This document shows, piece after piece, positions 1 through 13,479 of a stretch of 64,000 bases of DNA. The stretch lies in assembly GCF_006345805.1 (NCBI RefSeq), contig NC_042998.1, positions 169,136,001-169,200,000 on the forward strand, read 5' to 3'. Both the position numbers and the translations under genes were made by a program. The first letter of the stretch is position 1; each line of letters opens with the position of its first letter. The stretch comes from Octopus sinensis (taxonomy: Eukaryota). The notes beneath the pieces were generated by a model, which saw only the letters and a list, made by a program, of their open reading frames with translations, did not search any database and was not told where the DNA came from.

Positions 1-147
1 TTCAATTGCATGAACTAAAAGTCGGAGATGGGTGGGATAAACTACCTGCATCAACTTATTATAAAATCAGGTAGTAATTTTCCCTTATACTTAGTGCGAG
101 TTTTGAAGAGTGCAGTTCGATTTTAATAGTTATTTTTTCAAAACTAT

Positions 148-965
148 AATGGAAATGACAAAGGAGCGTATTCAGCATATTTTGCATTATGAGTTCAATA
201 AAGGCCACAGTACACCCGAAGGTGCGAGGAATATTAATGCAGTATATGGGGATCGGACAATAAGTGTACGCCAATATCAACGGTGGTTCCAGAAATCCCG
301 AGTTGGAAACTACAGCCTAGAAGACGAGCCTCATCTTGGAAGATATGTAGAGCTAGACGAGGATGTCTTGATAACCCTGATGGAACAAAATTCCAGCGTA
401 ACTATTGAGGAAGTGGCAGAGAAGCTTGGATTTGGTCGTTCAACCATTCATCGACAGCTGCGTGTCATCAGAAAAGTCTGCAAATTGGGTCAATGGGTTC
501 TTCACAAACTTTCCAAGTCTAGTCGCGTGCAGAGAGTGAATGTGTGTTCTTCTTTGCTGTCATGTCTCACGAATGAACCTTTGGGGGGGGGGACCGAACA
601 GTGACTGGTGACGATAAATGGGTTCCCTACAAAAATGTCAAGCGCCGAAGACAGTGGGTAGGGAAAAGAGAAACACCAGCACCCCAGGCTAAAGGTCTTC
701 AACCATGTATGGTGTTGCTATAAGTTTTGGTGGGATATGAAAGGTTTAGTCCACTTTGAACATTTCAACCGAAACCAAACGATAACAAAAGAGATCTACT
801 GCGAGCATCTTGAGCGGCTTAAGTCAGCGCTAGAAGAAAAACGACCATCTTTGGTTTCAAGACGAAAGGTGTTCTTCTATCCGGCCACATACAGCGAGGA
901 TGACATTCAAAGGCTGAAGTGGTTTCTTTTCTACTCTAAGCACAAGGCTTGAAAGTTTGGTGGGA
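148..965 (+). mobile_element. Mariner transposase remnant (frameshifted, internally deleted)
   Basis: ORF 110-604 has the mariner N-terminus (HILHYEFNKG...QRWFQK...LEDEPHLGR, GQWVLHKL). It continues by frameshift to VTGDDKWV and WWDMKGLVHFE...YCEHLERL. RPHTARMT is present but the preceding HDNA (second catalytic Asp) is deleted. Confidence 0.92.
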
Positions 966-1270
966 AGGGACCAGTTGATTAGATCGACGCCAGTACGCAA
1001 CTGGTACTTAATTTATCGCTCCCGAACGGATGAAAGGCAAAGTCAACCTTGGCGGAATTTGAATTTAGAACATAAAGACAGACGAAATACCTCAAAGCAT
1101 TTCGTTCGGCGTGCTAATGTTTCTTATTTCTTCATTGCCCACAAGGGGCTAAACATAGAGGGGACAAACAAGAACAGGCAAAGGGATTAAGTCGATTGCA
1201 TAACTGGTAAAGGGATTAAGTCGAGTGCGTAACTGGTACTTAATTTATCGACCCCGAAAGGATGAAAGAT
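965..1270 (-). mobile_element. Two adjacent fragments of tRNA-derived SINE family A (Meta-like central domain)
   Basis: Reverse complement of the GCCTTTCATCCTTTCGGGGTCGATAAATTAAGTACCAG core and GCCCCTTGTGGGCAAT tail seen in the intact copy at 21585-21822. Contains a small internal tandem duplication at about 1180-1235. Confidence 0.85.
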
Positions 1271-3029
1271 ATTGGCCATGAGTTGTACCCATGAAATATG
1301 CGGATGTCGAAACTTATGCCTTCTATGATGAAGAAGTAAATAAGTGTATATAATGTTTATCTAAATTTGAGTTTGCGCGCTTTATACTGAAGATTAATAT
1401 ACATGACAGGAGAAAAATCATCTTTTCGTAAATACAATACAGAAATTTAAACTTTAACTGCATTGGAAATTCCACACTATACATTACATTGAACAATATA
1501 TAATTTTAAAACCCATTCCAAAAACAAAGATGGACTGTCCTGTTGAATCGAAAACAATAGAAAGGGTAAAATGAAGGTCATGTGAATTATTCAGAACAAT
1601 TGTATATTTACCATTTTACTGTAGGAGACCATTACACTTCACGACGAAGGCATTCGTCACCATTTTGGACTAAACAGCCTTTGCCAGTTGTTGGATATCT
1701 GACTATGAAGTAGACTAGCAGATATTATTTTCATCTTTATCAAGCAAAACGTCTGTAGTTTCTTTAAAGTCTTCCTTTGAAAAGTGTCCAATACAATATT
1801 CGTCTCTCTAAATGGTCTAAGAAATAATGTTTGTTAAGTTGATGAGTACTTAACCTGTGATTTTCCTAAGAAACCCAGAGGCCTAATTAGGTTTATTTTA
1901 CCAAAATCAATAAGTTTTATAACAATCTGCTAAAATTAGGCTGATCAGTCGAAAAAGATTATGTTTTAGGGGAAAGTGGATAATAAATTTTATCATTTAA
2001 ACCAGGAATAAGATCGTTTTTCGATGCCGTTTCAACTTTATACTCATTTCTCAACAGAAATCGTATGGATTTCTTGTCAGTTAGAGAGGAATGAAATGAA
2101 ATTATTTTTCACTTTGAGAGGTGAGTGAGTTTTCCATGTTAATAATAACATGATCATTGTTAAAATCAAAGGCAGATGCAGCACTTTAAAGAGAAGAGTA
2201 TACTGAGAGCCATTAAAATTATTCCCGGTATAAAATGACCGCCAATGAACAATAATAATAATAATAAATGTTTGACGAATGTAATAAAGGATATAAAATT
2301 TTATGTGCTGGAAAAATTTTACAACTAAGTCATCAGATACCAAATAAAGAAGTAAAAATATTGCGTTCAATACAGTAAACGTTTATGTATAGAAAGTGAA
2401 AAATATATTTAATCAAAATAATCTTTTGAAGCAATAAAACTATTTGTCGTGATTCAACCAAAAATATATTCCAATCATTCAAGCAAAATTAAGATATTGT
2501 TATATTTTATTAGATGAATTTGGCAAAATCCTTATGATTTCCACTTAAGTAAACAAAAAATTATATTTAGAAGATATAACATTTTAAATTATTAATAACC
2601 AGTTGTGCTGCTGGAACTGAAGGTGGTGTAAAAATAACAGACTGTGATGTTGAAATATTGAAATCATATGATTAACTTAGTTATTAATAGCACGGTTTTT
2701 TTTTTTTGTTTTTGTTTTGGTTTTTTTTCAATCACAGTGGATGGTAAAGTCGGCAGAGTACCAGCTAAAATATTTGATGTTATTTAGTTTTACTTTCTGA
2801 GTTAGAACGTACCGAAGTCATGTTTTGCTTTCAGTTCTATTCTCTAGAACAGATAAAAACAATTTCCAGTGACACATTGTGCTCGATTTAATCGATTATA
2901 CATCTTACAAAAATTATGATCATAAACCGATGCAAGATATCATTGATTCAGGTAGAAAAAATAGCACAAACGATGGCTATATTCAATAAGTCCTACTCCG
3001 TTATGCTTGTTATAAGAGTGTCAGAATGA

Positions 3030-3190
3030 AAGCGATGAGCTGGCAGAATCGTTACCGCGCCGGACAAAATACTTCGTGGCATTTCTTCCGACATCACGTT
3101 CAAGTTCTCCGAGGTCAACTTTCATCCTTTTGGAGTCGATAAAATACATACTAGTTGAATACTGGGGTCACTGTAATCAACCTTACGACT
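3030..3190 (+). mobile_element. SINE family A, diverged copy
   Basis: gcgatgagctggcagaatcgtta...gaggtcaactttcatccttttggagtcgataaaat matches the family A head and core. Confidence 0.8.
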
Positions 3191-3299
3191 GTTCTCATAA
3201 TTGCTCTCATTGTGCCAAAATTAGAAGAATATATTAGTGTCAGTATCGCACAGAAATAACTGAATATCTTCATTGCTAAGTCAATTATAATAAATAAAT

Positions 3300-3540
3300 G
3301 CGCCCTTTTAAAGCCTAGCCAGGCTCATGGGTCCGGTTTCCTGGTTTCAATGGCGTGCGTGTTCCCCAGCTGGACGGGGCGCCAGTCCATCGTAGCGTTA
3401 CTCGTTTTTGCCAGCTGAGTGGACTGGAGCTACGTGAAATGAAGTGTTTTGCTCAAGAACACAACGCGTCGTCCGGTCCAGGAATCGAAACCACAATCAT
3501 GATGCTGACACTCTAACCACTAAGCCACGCTACTCCACAA
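3300..3540 (-). mobile_element. tRNA-derived CORE-type SINE (family C)
   Basis: The minus strand reads gcgtggcttagtggttagagtg (A box), gtttcgattcct (B box), then gtgttcttgagcaaaacacttcatttcacgtagctccagtccactcagctggc, a CORE-like domain shared with the copies near 56 kb and 62 kb. Confidence 0.8.
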
Positions 3541-3909
3541 GTCACATTATAGACCGTTAAAAAAGAAACAAACAAGCGAACGCAAAATAGTGATAGTATC
3601 TGGGAAATGAAATGTTACGGTTATTTAATGTTAAGTAATATTCTCGATAATGCTAATCAATTGCAAAAAATTATTTTGCGTAATAAGTTTACAGAACTAA
3701 ATAGATATTATAATTAACTTATATTCCCGAAACAGCATCGAAGTTTTGAAACACGTACTGAGCACACTACATTATTTTCTTCTAATTCCGAAATAATGGT
3801 ATCGATTCGATTTTCTATTGAAATTAACTTAAATGACTGAGAATGGAAGTGTATTTAGGTCTCAAAATGATTTTCATCTTTGAAAGTAAATTACATATAT
3901 TCGGTAAGT

Positions 3910-3980
3910 GTAGTATGACCGAATGGTTTAGAAATTCGCTTCGCAACCACGAAGTCCTTGGTTCGATCCTACAGCGTTAT
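3910..3980 (+). mobile_element. SINE head fragment (family B-like)
   Basis: cttcgcaaccacgaagtccttggttcgatcctacagcgt resembles the family B head cttaccagccacatggttccgggttcagtcccactgcgt at 58215. Confidence 0.5.
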
Positions 3981-4274
3981 ATTTTTTATATACGGGTGAT
4001 CAACCCAAGTGTAGACATTTATTTTACAAAAATTTAATTAAAATTTCTTTTCTTATTTCATAAACTTAATACTCTTAACATTTAAGGTAGTATTGAAGCT
4101 AATTTGTACTTGAAATTTAATATATTTGAAGCTAGTATGGGTGGAATAAGTAAAGCAATTGAAAGGCTATTTAAGAAAGGGAAAACTAGCAAGATTTTCA
4201 AGATTTTGAAACCCACTGTCAGCAGAGCATGAATCTATAAAGTAATCAAACGAATAAAACAGGCCAGTACTTGT

Positions 4275-5660
<1,386 letters not shown>

Positions 5661-5821
5661 TGATTGATTCTAGTTTCAGCTTATGAGCTGTGGCCATAAT
5701 GTTTGTATATTAATGTTTGTAGGTTAAGTTATAATAAAAATAACTTTACATTAAACTGAAGGATTATTCAATACCTTTTGTAGAGTACAAATTTATTATT
5801 CTTTACCAAGAATATTATTGA

Positions 5822-5864
5822 CAGTGACTTCGAAGTTTCGGTTAGCTGAGCCATCATCGGACAT
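5822..5864 (-). ncRNA. Hammerhead-like motif, family HH-A copy 1, in a Penelope-like terminal repeat
   Basis: Minus strand: atgt CCGATGA t ggctcagctaacc GAAA cttcgaag TC actg. Stem III (acttcgaagt) is a perfect palindrome. Flanking sequence 5700-5820 is homologous to 45660-45770. Confidence 0.55.
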
Positions 5865-6589
5865 CCGACAGATAGAAGTTGTTCTGTTACAGAATCTTAC
5901 AACCATATTCGAAAGGGACCAACCTTTAAGTAGTGTCTCAGAAGACTGACCCATTTGCTGTGCGGATGAACTACAGACTTCAGTTGTGATACTTAGAACA
6001 ATCGAGAAACTGGTTTACAGCAACCCAAAACGAAAGATTCCCTCCTCCTCCATAAGCCTCAGAGATTACAGGTGCAAAGGTCATGGGTGGAACTCTTTTT
6101 TTCAACAATCCATAAGAATGGCCCGTTCTCTTGTAAGCATTGTAACTATAATACCGATTCTTTCCTGCTCACATTTATCCTACAAACATTAACTTGTTAA
6201 TATTAATGTAGGTATCGAACGCATCAATCTCATCAGTTTGAAAAGGTATAGATGCAATATGCCGGCGCTCACCTCCTGTTTTACTTACAAAACAGCTAAA
6301 CGGCAGTACAAGTTTGATCAGCATGATTCTTTCTTTCCAAGACCAGTTTGATAACCACCGAACAGGTTTTACAACGCATTTGGGTATTTTCCATAATTCT
6401 GATTTCATACATCATTAATGATTCACAAACTAAATTAATACTTGAAACGACTTTAGTTTAATGCAATCATAACATTACTAGATAGCATATTAAAAGTAAA
6501 AGAAGGAAATGTATTATATTTCAAAATATTAAGCGTGACGAAATGGCTTTACGTAAGATAAGCTACCATGCAATATGATTTATGTGTGC

Positions 6590-6594
<5 letters not shown>

Positions 6595-6620
<26 letters not shown>

Positions 6621-6629
6621 CATAGATAC

Positions 6630-6685
<56 letters not shown>

Positions 6686-6690
6686 GCAGA
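6595..6690. repeat. (AGAT)n tetranucleotide repeat
   Basis: Direct reading. Confidence 0.98.
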
Positions 6691-6699
6691 CAGGTGTAA

Positions 6700-6800
6700 G
6701 CCGACTACATCAACCCAAGTGCTCAACTGGTACTTGTTTTATCGACCCCAAAATGATGCTGGTCAAAGTTAGCCAAGAAGGAATTTGAACTCAGAACGTA
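6700..6800 (-). mobile_element. SINE family A fragment
   Basis: caactggtacttgttttatcgaccccaaaatgatg...gaatttgaactcagaacgt. Confidence 0.75.
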
Positions 6801-7259
6801 CCGTTATTATTATTATTAATGTTTTTTCTGGCTTTTGATGTTGAGATTTGAAGTACAGGTATTTCCAGGATTTTATGTTGCACAAATTAGGATTTATTGT
6901 TTTGTCTTGTAGAAAGAAGCTCGTTATGAAGCAAAACAAAATCTTTTCTTGGACGTTTGTTTCGACTTCATTCATAATGTCATTAAACAACACCTCTGCA
7001 AGGAAGAATGAATATAACATATCTGCTATTGCGAAGCGAAATAATACCAGACTATTATCTGCTGAAGTTTCCTCCTGTCATAAACATGGATTTTGCCTTT
7101 TGAGGAAACAGAAATACATTTTTTGGAAAATCTTATATATTTTTCGGCGACGACACAAGCAACAACACTTTTACTCACAAATGCTCAGTGGAAATGTGAT
7201 CGTCAATACATGCAGTTAGTTTTGCCTAAGTATTAAAATACTGCTTGGGATAAAACAGG

Positions 7260-8730
7260 CTGAAAAGCAACAGTAAAAAAATTGTTTTGACAAGAGCTTA
7301 ATCTCCTTGCCCATGTAAAACACTGAAAAACGGGTGAGAAAGAAACTAAGATACCTTAATCTGACAAAAGTATAGGGAACTTTTTCAATGCCAACAAAAC
7401 ATATCGGAAAAACCATATCGTAGAGAAACAGGGAATGTGCACAAACACCCGCTCATAAGCGTGCACTCCAGTACACGGGGTAGAGTATCACAAAGTATTA
7501 ATCAAGTATATAGAAGTGATATAAACCCTAGGCTAGTCGTGTATTTTGTAAAGCAACATCGATAGATGTTGAATGCACAAATAGTAAAAAATGACATGTG
7601 GGTGGAAGTAAGAGCAGGCATGGACTTGCAAGTAACTTATGCCACTTAGAACAACAAGTCTATCCCAGAGCTAACTTCTGATGTTGATGTTGAATCCGAA
7701 ACCAAGATACAAGACAGAAAGCCCAGTTATTTCATTTGTGATAGCAAATGCCACTTAAACGCTTTCTGCCAAGAAGAAGTGGAAAACATAAAACGATTGA
7801 TCAACACCAGGAGTCAGCTACACCATTAATAGTACAAGCGGTTTCACCTACAAAGTGGATCGAAAAATCTGCTTCGTCCTCGGTCGCAGTAAAAAACAAT
7901 TTCTTGACACTTTCAGTCAGTCCGGGATTGGCAGAGGTAATCGCTTTGAATTCGATAACAGAGAAAGAAAATGATGAAATACCCATTCTTAATACAGCTC
8001 TACCACGTCCACTTGAGCGGGTGGTGATTAAATACAGTTTGAAAAACGGAGGATAGTGGGAGAGAAGAGAAAATGTAAAAAGATCCTTTAAAAAAATCCA
8101 AACGAGCCCACAACTCTCTCAGAAAAGTTCTATGAATATTTTTTTAAAGCCGGTCTGTGGGATTCGATCGGGTTTCACAGTTATTAGAAATATCAACAGG
8201 AACCTCTTGAATTGTTATACGAACTTGAGGAGACAAAGCTAACCAATTTATGGATGGAGAAGGAATTGGATCAGTATAACGTAACCAATGATCACATACT
8301 GGTGCAAACAATCGAGCTTGTAAACATATGAAGTATTTCTCCCCAGCAGAAGTAGGCCCCTTTCTCGGCGAACCCAATGAAAAAGATGCTGACGGTAGAT
8401 TTCAGGAATGCCCAAGAAATATACAATGTCTGGGAGATGAAGAGAAATGTGGGGGCGCTCTGTCTCGACTTAACAAGTTCCTTCACAGCTGTGTGTGGAT
8501 TCGCAGCCCAAAATGTATTTTTATGTAATATTACCATTATATTTTGTTTTAATTGTTGTGTGTTTAACATTTTTCTGTTTATTCTCTATTTTATTAAATC
8601 AATTTTTTAATCCGTCTCTAGTATAACGTCTTTACACCTCACCTCGTCTGTATACAACTTTATTAAGCAATACATGTATTGTTTATTGTATGTTTTTCTG
8701 TAGGCCCTTGTGGCCAAAATAAAAAGAAGT
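7260..8730 (+). mobile_element. Decayed L1/Tx1-like ORF1 region with CCHC zinc knuckle and polyA-signal-like 3' end
   Basis: One + frame gives QDRKPS-YFIC-DSKC-H-LNAF-C at 7728-7769. This has exact C-X2-C-X4-H-X4-C spacing if the first Tyr (TAT) was Cys (TGT), and the Cys before His (TGC) may be a former Gly. The segment ends in gcccttgtggccaaaataaaaagaa at about 8703-8728. Confidence 0.5.
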
Positions 8731-8929
8731 ATTATTATTGTTATAGTTGTTGCTGATATTTCTTTATTAAGTCACATTAATTCTTTGCGCAGCAATAGAG
8801 ATATATATGCTCTGTCAATAATCAAAAGCCAGATCAAAAGAATTTAGGGAAAGAAATAGAACACCTACTTCAAAGAAGCTAGCACTCTTAAACTAGAAGC
8901 GAATTTTCATAAATATTATGCATATTCCA

Positions 8930-9076
8930 ATATGTCCTATATCTATATATGCATGTGTGTATGTAGGTATGTGTATATATATACACACACACATATATCT
9001 ATATATATATATAAACACACACCAATACACAGACATACATACCTACATATACATATATATATATATATATGTGTGT

Positions 9077-9109
<33 letters not shown>

Positions 9110-9140
9110 ATATGTATATATGTATATGTATATATATATG

Positions 9141-9177
<37 letters not shown>

Positions 9178-9245
9178 ATGTATATATGTATATGTATATA
9201 TGTATATGTATATATATATATGTATATGTATATATATATATGTAT

Positions 9246-9312
<67 letters not shown>

Positions 9313-9385
9313 TGTATAAACACTCACACATACATATATATATGTATGTGTGTGTATTGGTGTGTTTATATATATATAAGAACTT
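8930..9385. repeat. Compound (TA)/(TG)/(TATG) microsatellite
   Basis: Direct reading. Confidence 0.98.
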
Positions 9386-9559
9386 GGAAACTTTATACGT
9401 TAGCACAAACTATCAGTCTGACACATGCGATATAGAAAGCATTTCCATACGGAGGAACTTTAAATCAAAACATCAAAATTATTACGTACTTTATTTGAGA
9501 TTAAAGAGCAAGTATGGAAACAGATGAGGACCGGAAAGAGAAGTGAAATCACGAATAAA

Positions 9560-9900
9560 CAAATACTACAAAGCAGAGTTATGCAAAACTGGGGAAAATA
9601 AATGTCGGAATCTGTCTAACAAAGTTCCGGCAATAAGAAGTGTGAATGCTGCTTTAAAAAGCGCTCAGCAGACGAAAACCTCTGTACAAAATAGTGCTCA
9701 TCTAGAGATAATGATTAATTCCAAATACTTAAAAATAAATATGAAGCGAAATCATCATGCTCGACTGAAGTGGCGAATTATTGGATCGACACCAGTTATA
9801 TAACTAGCTCACATAGCAAGTATTATGCAATGCTTTTATGTCTGATACGAGAAAACGGTAAGTAAAATAGCTATAGAAAGCTCTCCAATAGTATACAGAT
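9560..9900 (+). mobile_element. Penelope-like element C-terminal (GIY-YIG tail) remnant
   Basis: Translation ...INSKYLKINMKRNHHARLKWRIIGSTPVI*...QCFYV*YEK resembles the PLE C-terminal pattern S..SKY.W.LK....IKWSII...C.LCL.EK. Confidence 0.45.
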
Positions 9901-10397
9901 GCGCAAGAAGAGCCTAGCTGTACAACTTGATACCGCGGTTAAGCCACAGCATTGCCTGTGGAGAACGAACGGAAGACCAGCTCGACTATTTTTTTGCTTA
10001 TCTTTAGTAGCTCATCAGAGGTGTTTATAGTCCTAACTACAGGGAGAGAGGGGAAGGAGAAAGAATCGTATAACTGCATATGCAAAATGCGATGAATGAT
10101 AGACAATGTTTTTGTTTATTTACCTGTTAATACTCGTTGGTGGCATGTAGTAAGTGAATTATTGAAACGGTGAGTTTGTGGTTAAGCTTGAAATATATTT
10201 GTATAAGAAAGTATAATACGTATCCATTTCACCTCACTGTGCAAATACACTCCTTTAGTCGTTGTCTTTGTACTTTAGCTAATTGATACAAGATACCAAA
10301 GAAATAAACTGATATAATGAAAGCATGATTCAGGGTATATATATGTATATGTATATATATATATGTATGTCTGTATACACACGCACATACACACACG

Positions 10398-10435
<38 letters not shown>

Positions 10436-10569
10436 ACACACACACACATGCACACACACGCACGCAAACACATATATGTGTGTGTGAGAGAGAGACCCAT
10501 GGATCGAGGGTAGCAAGAAGGTTAGCTTCAACCAATCCGTAGTAGATATAACAAAACCACTTTCAGGGA

Positions 10570-10815
10570 CGATAGTGGTTTATTGAGACGGAAGGTGTGA
10601 ATTTCTTTCGTATCGAACTACGATAAACTGGAAAAAGTTCTTTTTATATTTCACGTTAGGTGACTAGGGTTGCCGGGTATGCGAATAAGAATACAAGATT
10701 TAAGGAATTGAATAGATAAGATCTTGGCTACATATATTTCATAGCGAGCGGATATTTACCACCTCCGAGCTTCCGCTCGCTGTGAAACATATGTAGCCTG
10801 GATCTTATTTACTCC
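10570..10815. repeat. Unclassified repeat with terminal hairpin (second copy at about 27790-28010)
   Basis: gaaaaagttctttttatatt...ggttgccgggtatgcgaataagaatacaa is homologous to 27858-27925. Inverted arms lie at 10716-10752 and 10772-10808. Confidence 0.65.
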
Positions 10816-11198
10816 ATTATACATTTGATATCTCTTTAATGAATAAAATTTGTCCATCGAGTATATTCTATACAATACAAATATGGCTTATACTCAGAAT
10901 AAGACACATGTGCATGAAATGTGAAGGAAAATATGAAGCAATGATGAACCACTTAGAGTGTACGTACTATATCAGGAGTAGAATACACTTTTATAATTGT
11001 GTTTACTGGGTTTGTCAGCTTTTAGGAGATTGGTAGTTAAGTGTTCACAAAAGAATATAAGTAGGTGGTAAGGTCTAATTAGTTGGTAGGTTGGTATTGT
11101 ATGTGGTTTTTCACCTATTTATTTTGAGAGGATGTTGGTTATCACTTAAGCATGTCACAGTAATATTAGTATGGAAAGTTTGTCAATCAAATGCATCA

Positions 11199-11241
11199 CA
11201 GTCCGGTGATTGTTTAGCTGACCGAAACTTCGATGTCACTG
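11199..11241 (+). ncRNA. Hammerhead-like motif, family HH-A copy 2
   Basis: cagt CCGGTGA t tgtttagctgacc GAAA cttcgatg TC actg; stem I is cagt/actg. Confidence 0.5.
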
Positions 11242-13001
11242 CCAGTACAATGGAAAATCCCGGAGGGTCAAGCACCTTATTTCGGAATTTAAAACCATAC
11301 CAGCCCCCCAAACGGATACTATTGTATAGTACCACAGGTCCTGCCTTGTCCACATGTCCATCTATCACGAGTACCAAATACTGTAACAGCTTAGGAGTCA
11401 AGGACCCACAGATTTTTGATACCTTTTCAAAAAATTCAGATTTATAAGGCGTAGATGTGGAGGTACTCAAAAACACTCGGACACATTTTGTCTGAGAATC
11501 TAGACGAAGCCACATCGGGACAAGAAAAGCAAATGATGTCATTGTTGTCCAACATCTTCATTCTCTAAAATCAAACACGGTGATATAAGGAATAGATATA
11601 GGTTATCGTTGGTGCTATTTGATCCAAGTTTAGTCCAAACCCAGGGTGTCGAAAATAAATGGCGTACTAGTGATGATCTTCCTTTGTTTTATCTTTTGAT
11701 GCATTAAGTCACGGTTTGATAAGATAGAACAGGAGATAAAACTCCCAGATACCGAGCGCTCAGATAGTGGATAGGAGAACGGCCTCTAGATATAAAGGAT
11801 AGCGTCGTTTATGGAAATAAGCTGTCCCTGATCAAATATTAGCTAGCCTTTAACAGGGTTAGCAATTTCACCTAGAGTTACAGGTGAAATCTTGGAAAAC
11901 AGCAGAGTTGATGTGCAGCTTCGAGGAGAATGTCTAACAGCTCACAAACGGCGAAACTTACATGATGTTGCTAACGTCTATAGACCCGGCAACCATGCAC
12001 GTTATTAACCAAGGAAAGATTTGAATGACTTACACCATTTAATTCGAACACACCCATTATGATATCTAGGTTAATTAATCTGTTCTTTCGTTTTAAAATC
12101 GTTAAGATGTAACTTGGGGAAGATTTAGCTGTTAGCTAAATCTTAAGCTAACGAGTAATAGTTATAGGTCAGCTAGAATGCCATCTTTTCGTAAAGGCTA
12201 ATGCCAATATGGAAAACTTTGAAGATATAGCTCTGAAAAGTGCACTACTGCAGCCAACACCTTATTTCAGATTAATGAAATATTCGTTATCTTGTATCAA
12301 CCGATAAAATAAATATCAGTTGGGCAATGGAATCAATGTAATTGACTTACTCCCCACATCCCGCCCCAGATTGCTAGCATGGTGCCAAAATTTGAAATCA
12401 ATATTAGAACATTACAATAATATAATATTACAACTCAGTATTCTACGTTAAACCAACTCAAAAGATGTATGATTTCAGAAATAACAGAAATGAAATTTCT
12501 AACATCAAAAGGTCAACAACTTTTGCTTATAATTTAGCCGGAGGAAGGATGGTGAAATTGATTTGGTTTAATTGCCACTGATTGTTATATATAAGGAAAA
12601 TATAGGCAGAGAGGTGAGACAGTAGCAACATCAAGACTTCGATGGTCATAAACTTATCTACCGCCTCAAGAACAACAAGCTCGTTTCACGTCTACATCAT
12701 TTAGGTATAAAATTTCAACAACAGCTGAAAACTTCTATATAAAATGAAAGCTACGCGTTATTTTTAAATTGTACAATGTACGGGGAAAATTTTTAATTTG
12801 TATGTGTGTGTGTATTATATATTATATGGATATTATATGTGTATTATAAATATACAGATATACAAATATTAGATATATATATATATGCTCACGCATTAGT
12901 TAAGATAATTTCATATATTATATATATTTATAATATACTCACGCATTAGTTAAGATAATTATATATTATTTATATTTATATTCATATTTATATATATATG
13001 G

Positions 13002-13073
<72 letters not shown>

Positions 13074-13089
13074 TATATATTATATATAT

Positions 13090-13345
13090 CACGTGACCGA
13101 CCAGACCATCAGATGTTGCTACACATCGCTGGTCACAATGCATTCGCATTGTTTTAACCTTCGAATGACGCCTACCTGCTGGCTAAGCGAGCAGGCCAAC
13201 AGAAGAAAGAGTGAGAGAAAGAGTGGAGAAGGAGTACAGCAGGGATCACCACCCCTGCCGGAGCCTCGTGGAGATTTTAGCTGTTTTCGCTCGATAAACA
13301 CACACACACCGCGATCCTACAACCGCGAGTCCGCTGCCCTAACCA
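13090..13345 (-). mobile_element. tRNA-derived SINE family D
   Basis: The minus strand starts gtggaggcgcaatggcccagtggttagggcagcggactcgcgg (tRNA-like A box) and ends ...catctgatggtctggtcggtcacgtg next to (TA)n. Confidence 0.8.
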
Positions 13346-13362
13346 CTGGGCCATTGCGCCTC

Positions 13363-13404
<42 letters not shown>

Positions 13405-13479
13405 TACCTTTAACGGTTAAAATTATAAACAACTTATAAACAAGGGCAATAGAAAATTATTTATATGCCAATATGCTGA

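Noticed and set aside
1620-1830. Short minus-strand acidic frame (RDEYCIGHFSKEDFKETTDVLLDKDENNIC) as a possible exon
   Set aside because: No recognisable homology and no clean donor before the stop.
6960-7416. Minus-strand FAIADMLYSF and VFPICFVGI resembling GPCR TM2 and TM1
   Set aside because: The spacing between the motifs is about 130 aa with several stops and there are no other GPCR motifs. This is likely chance antisense hydrophobicity.
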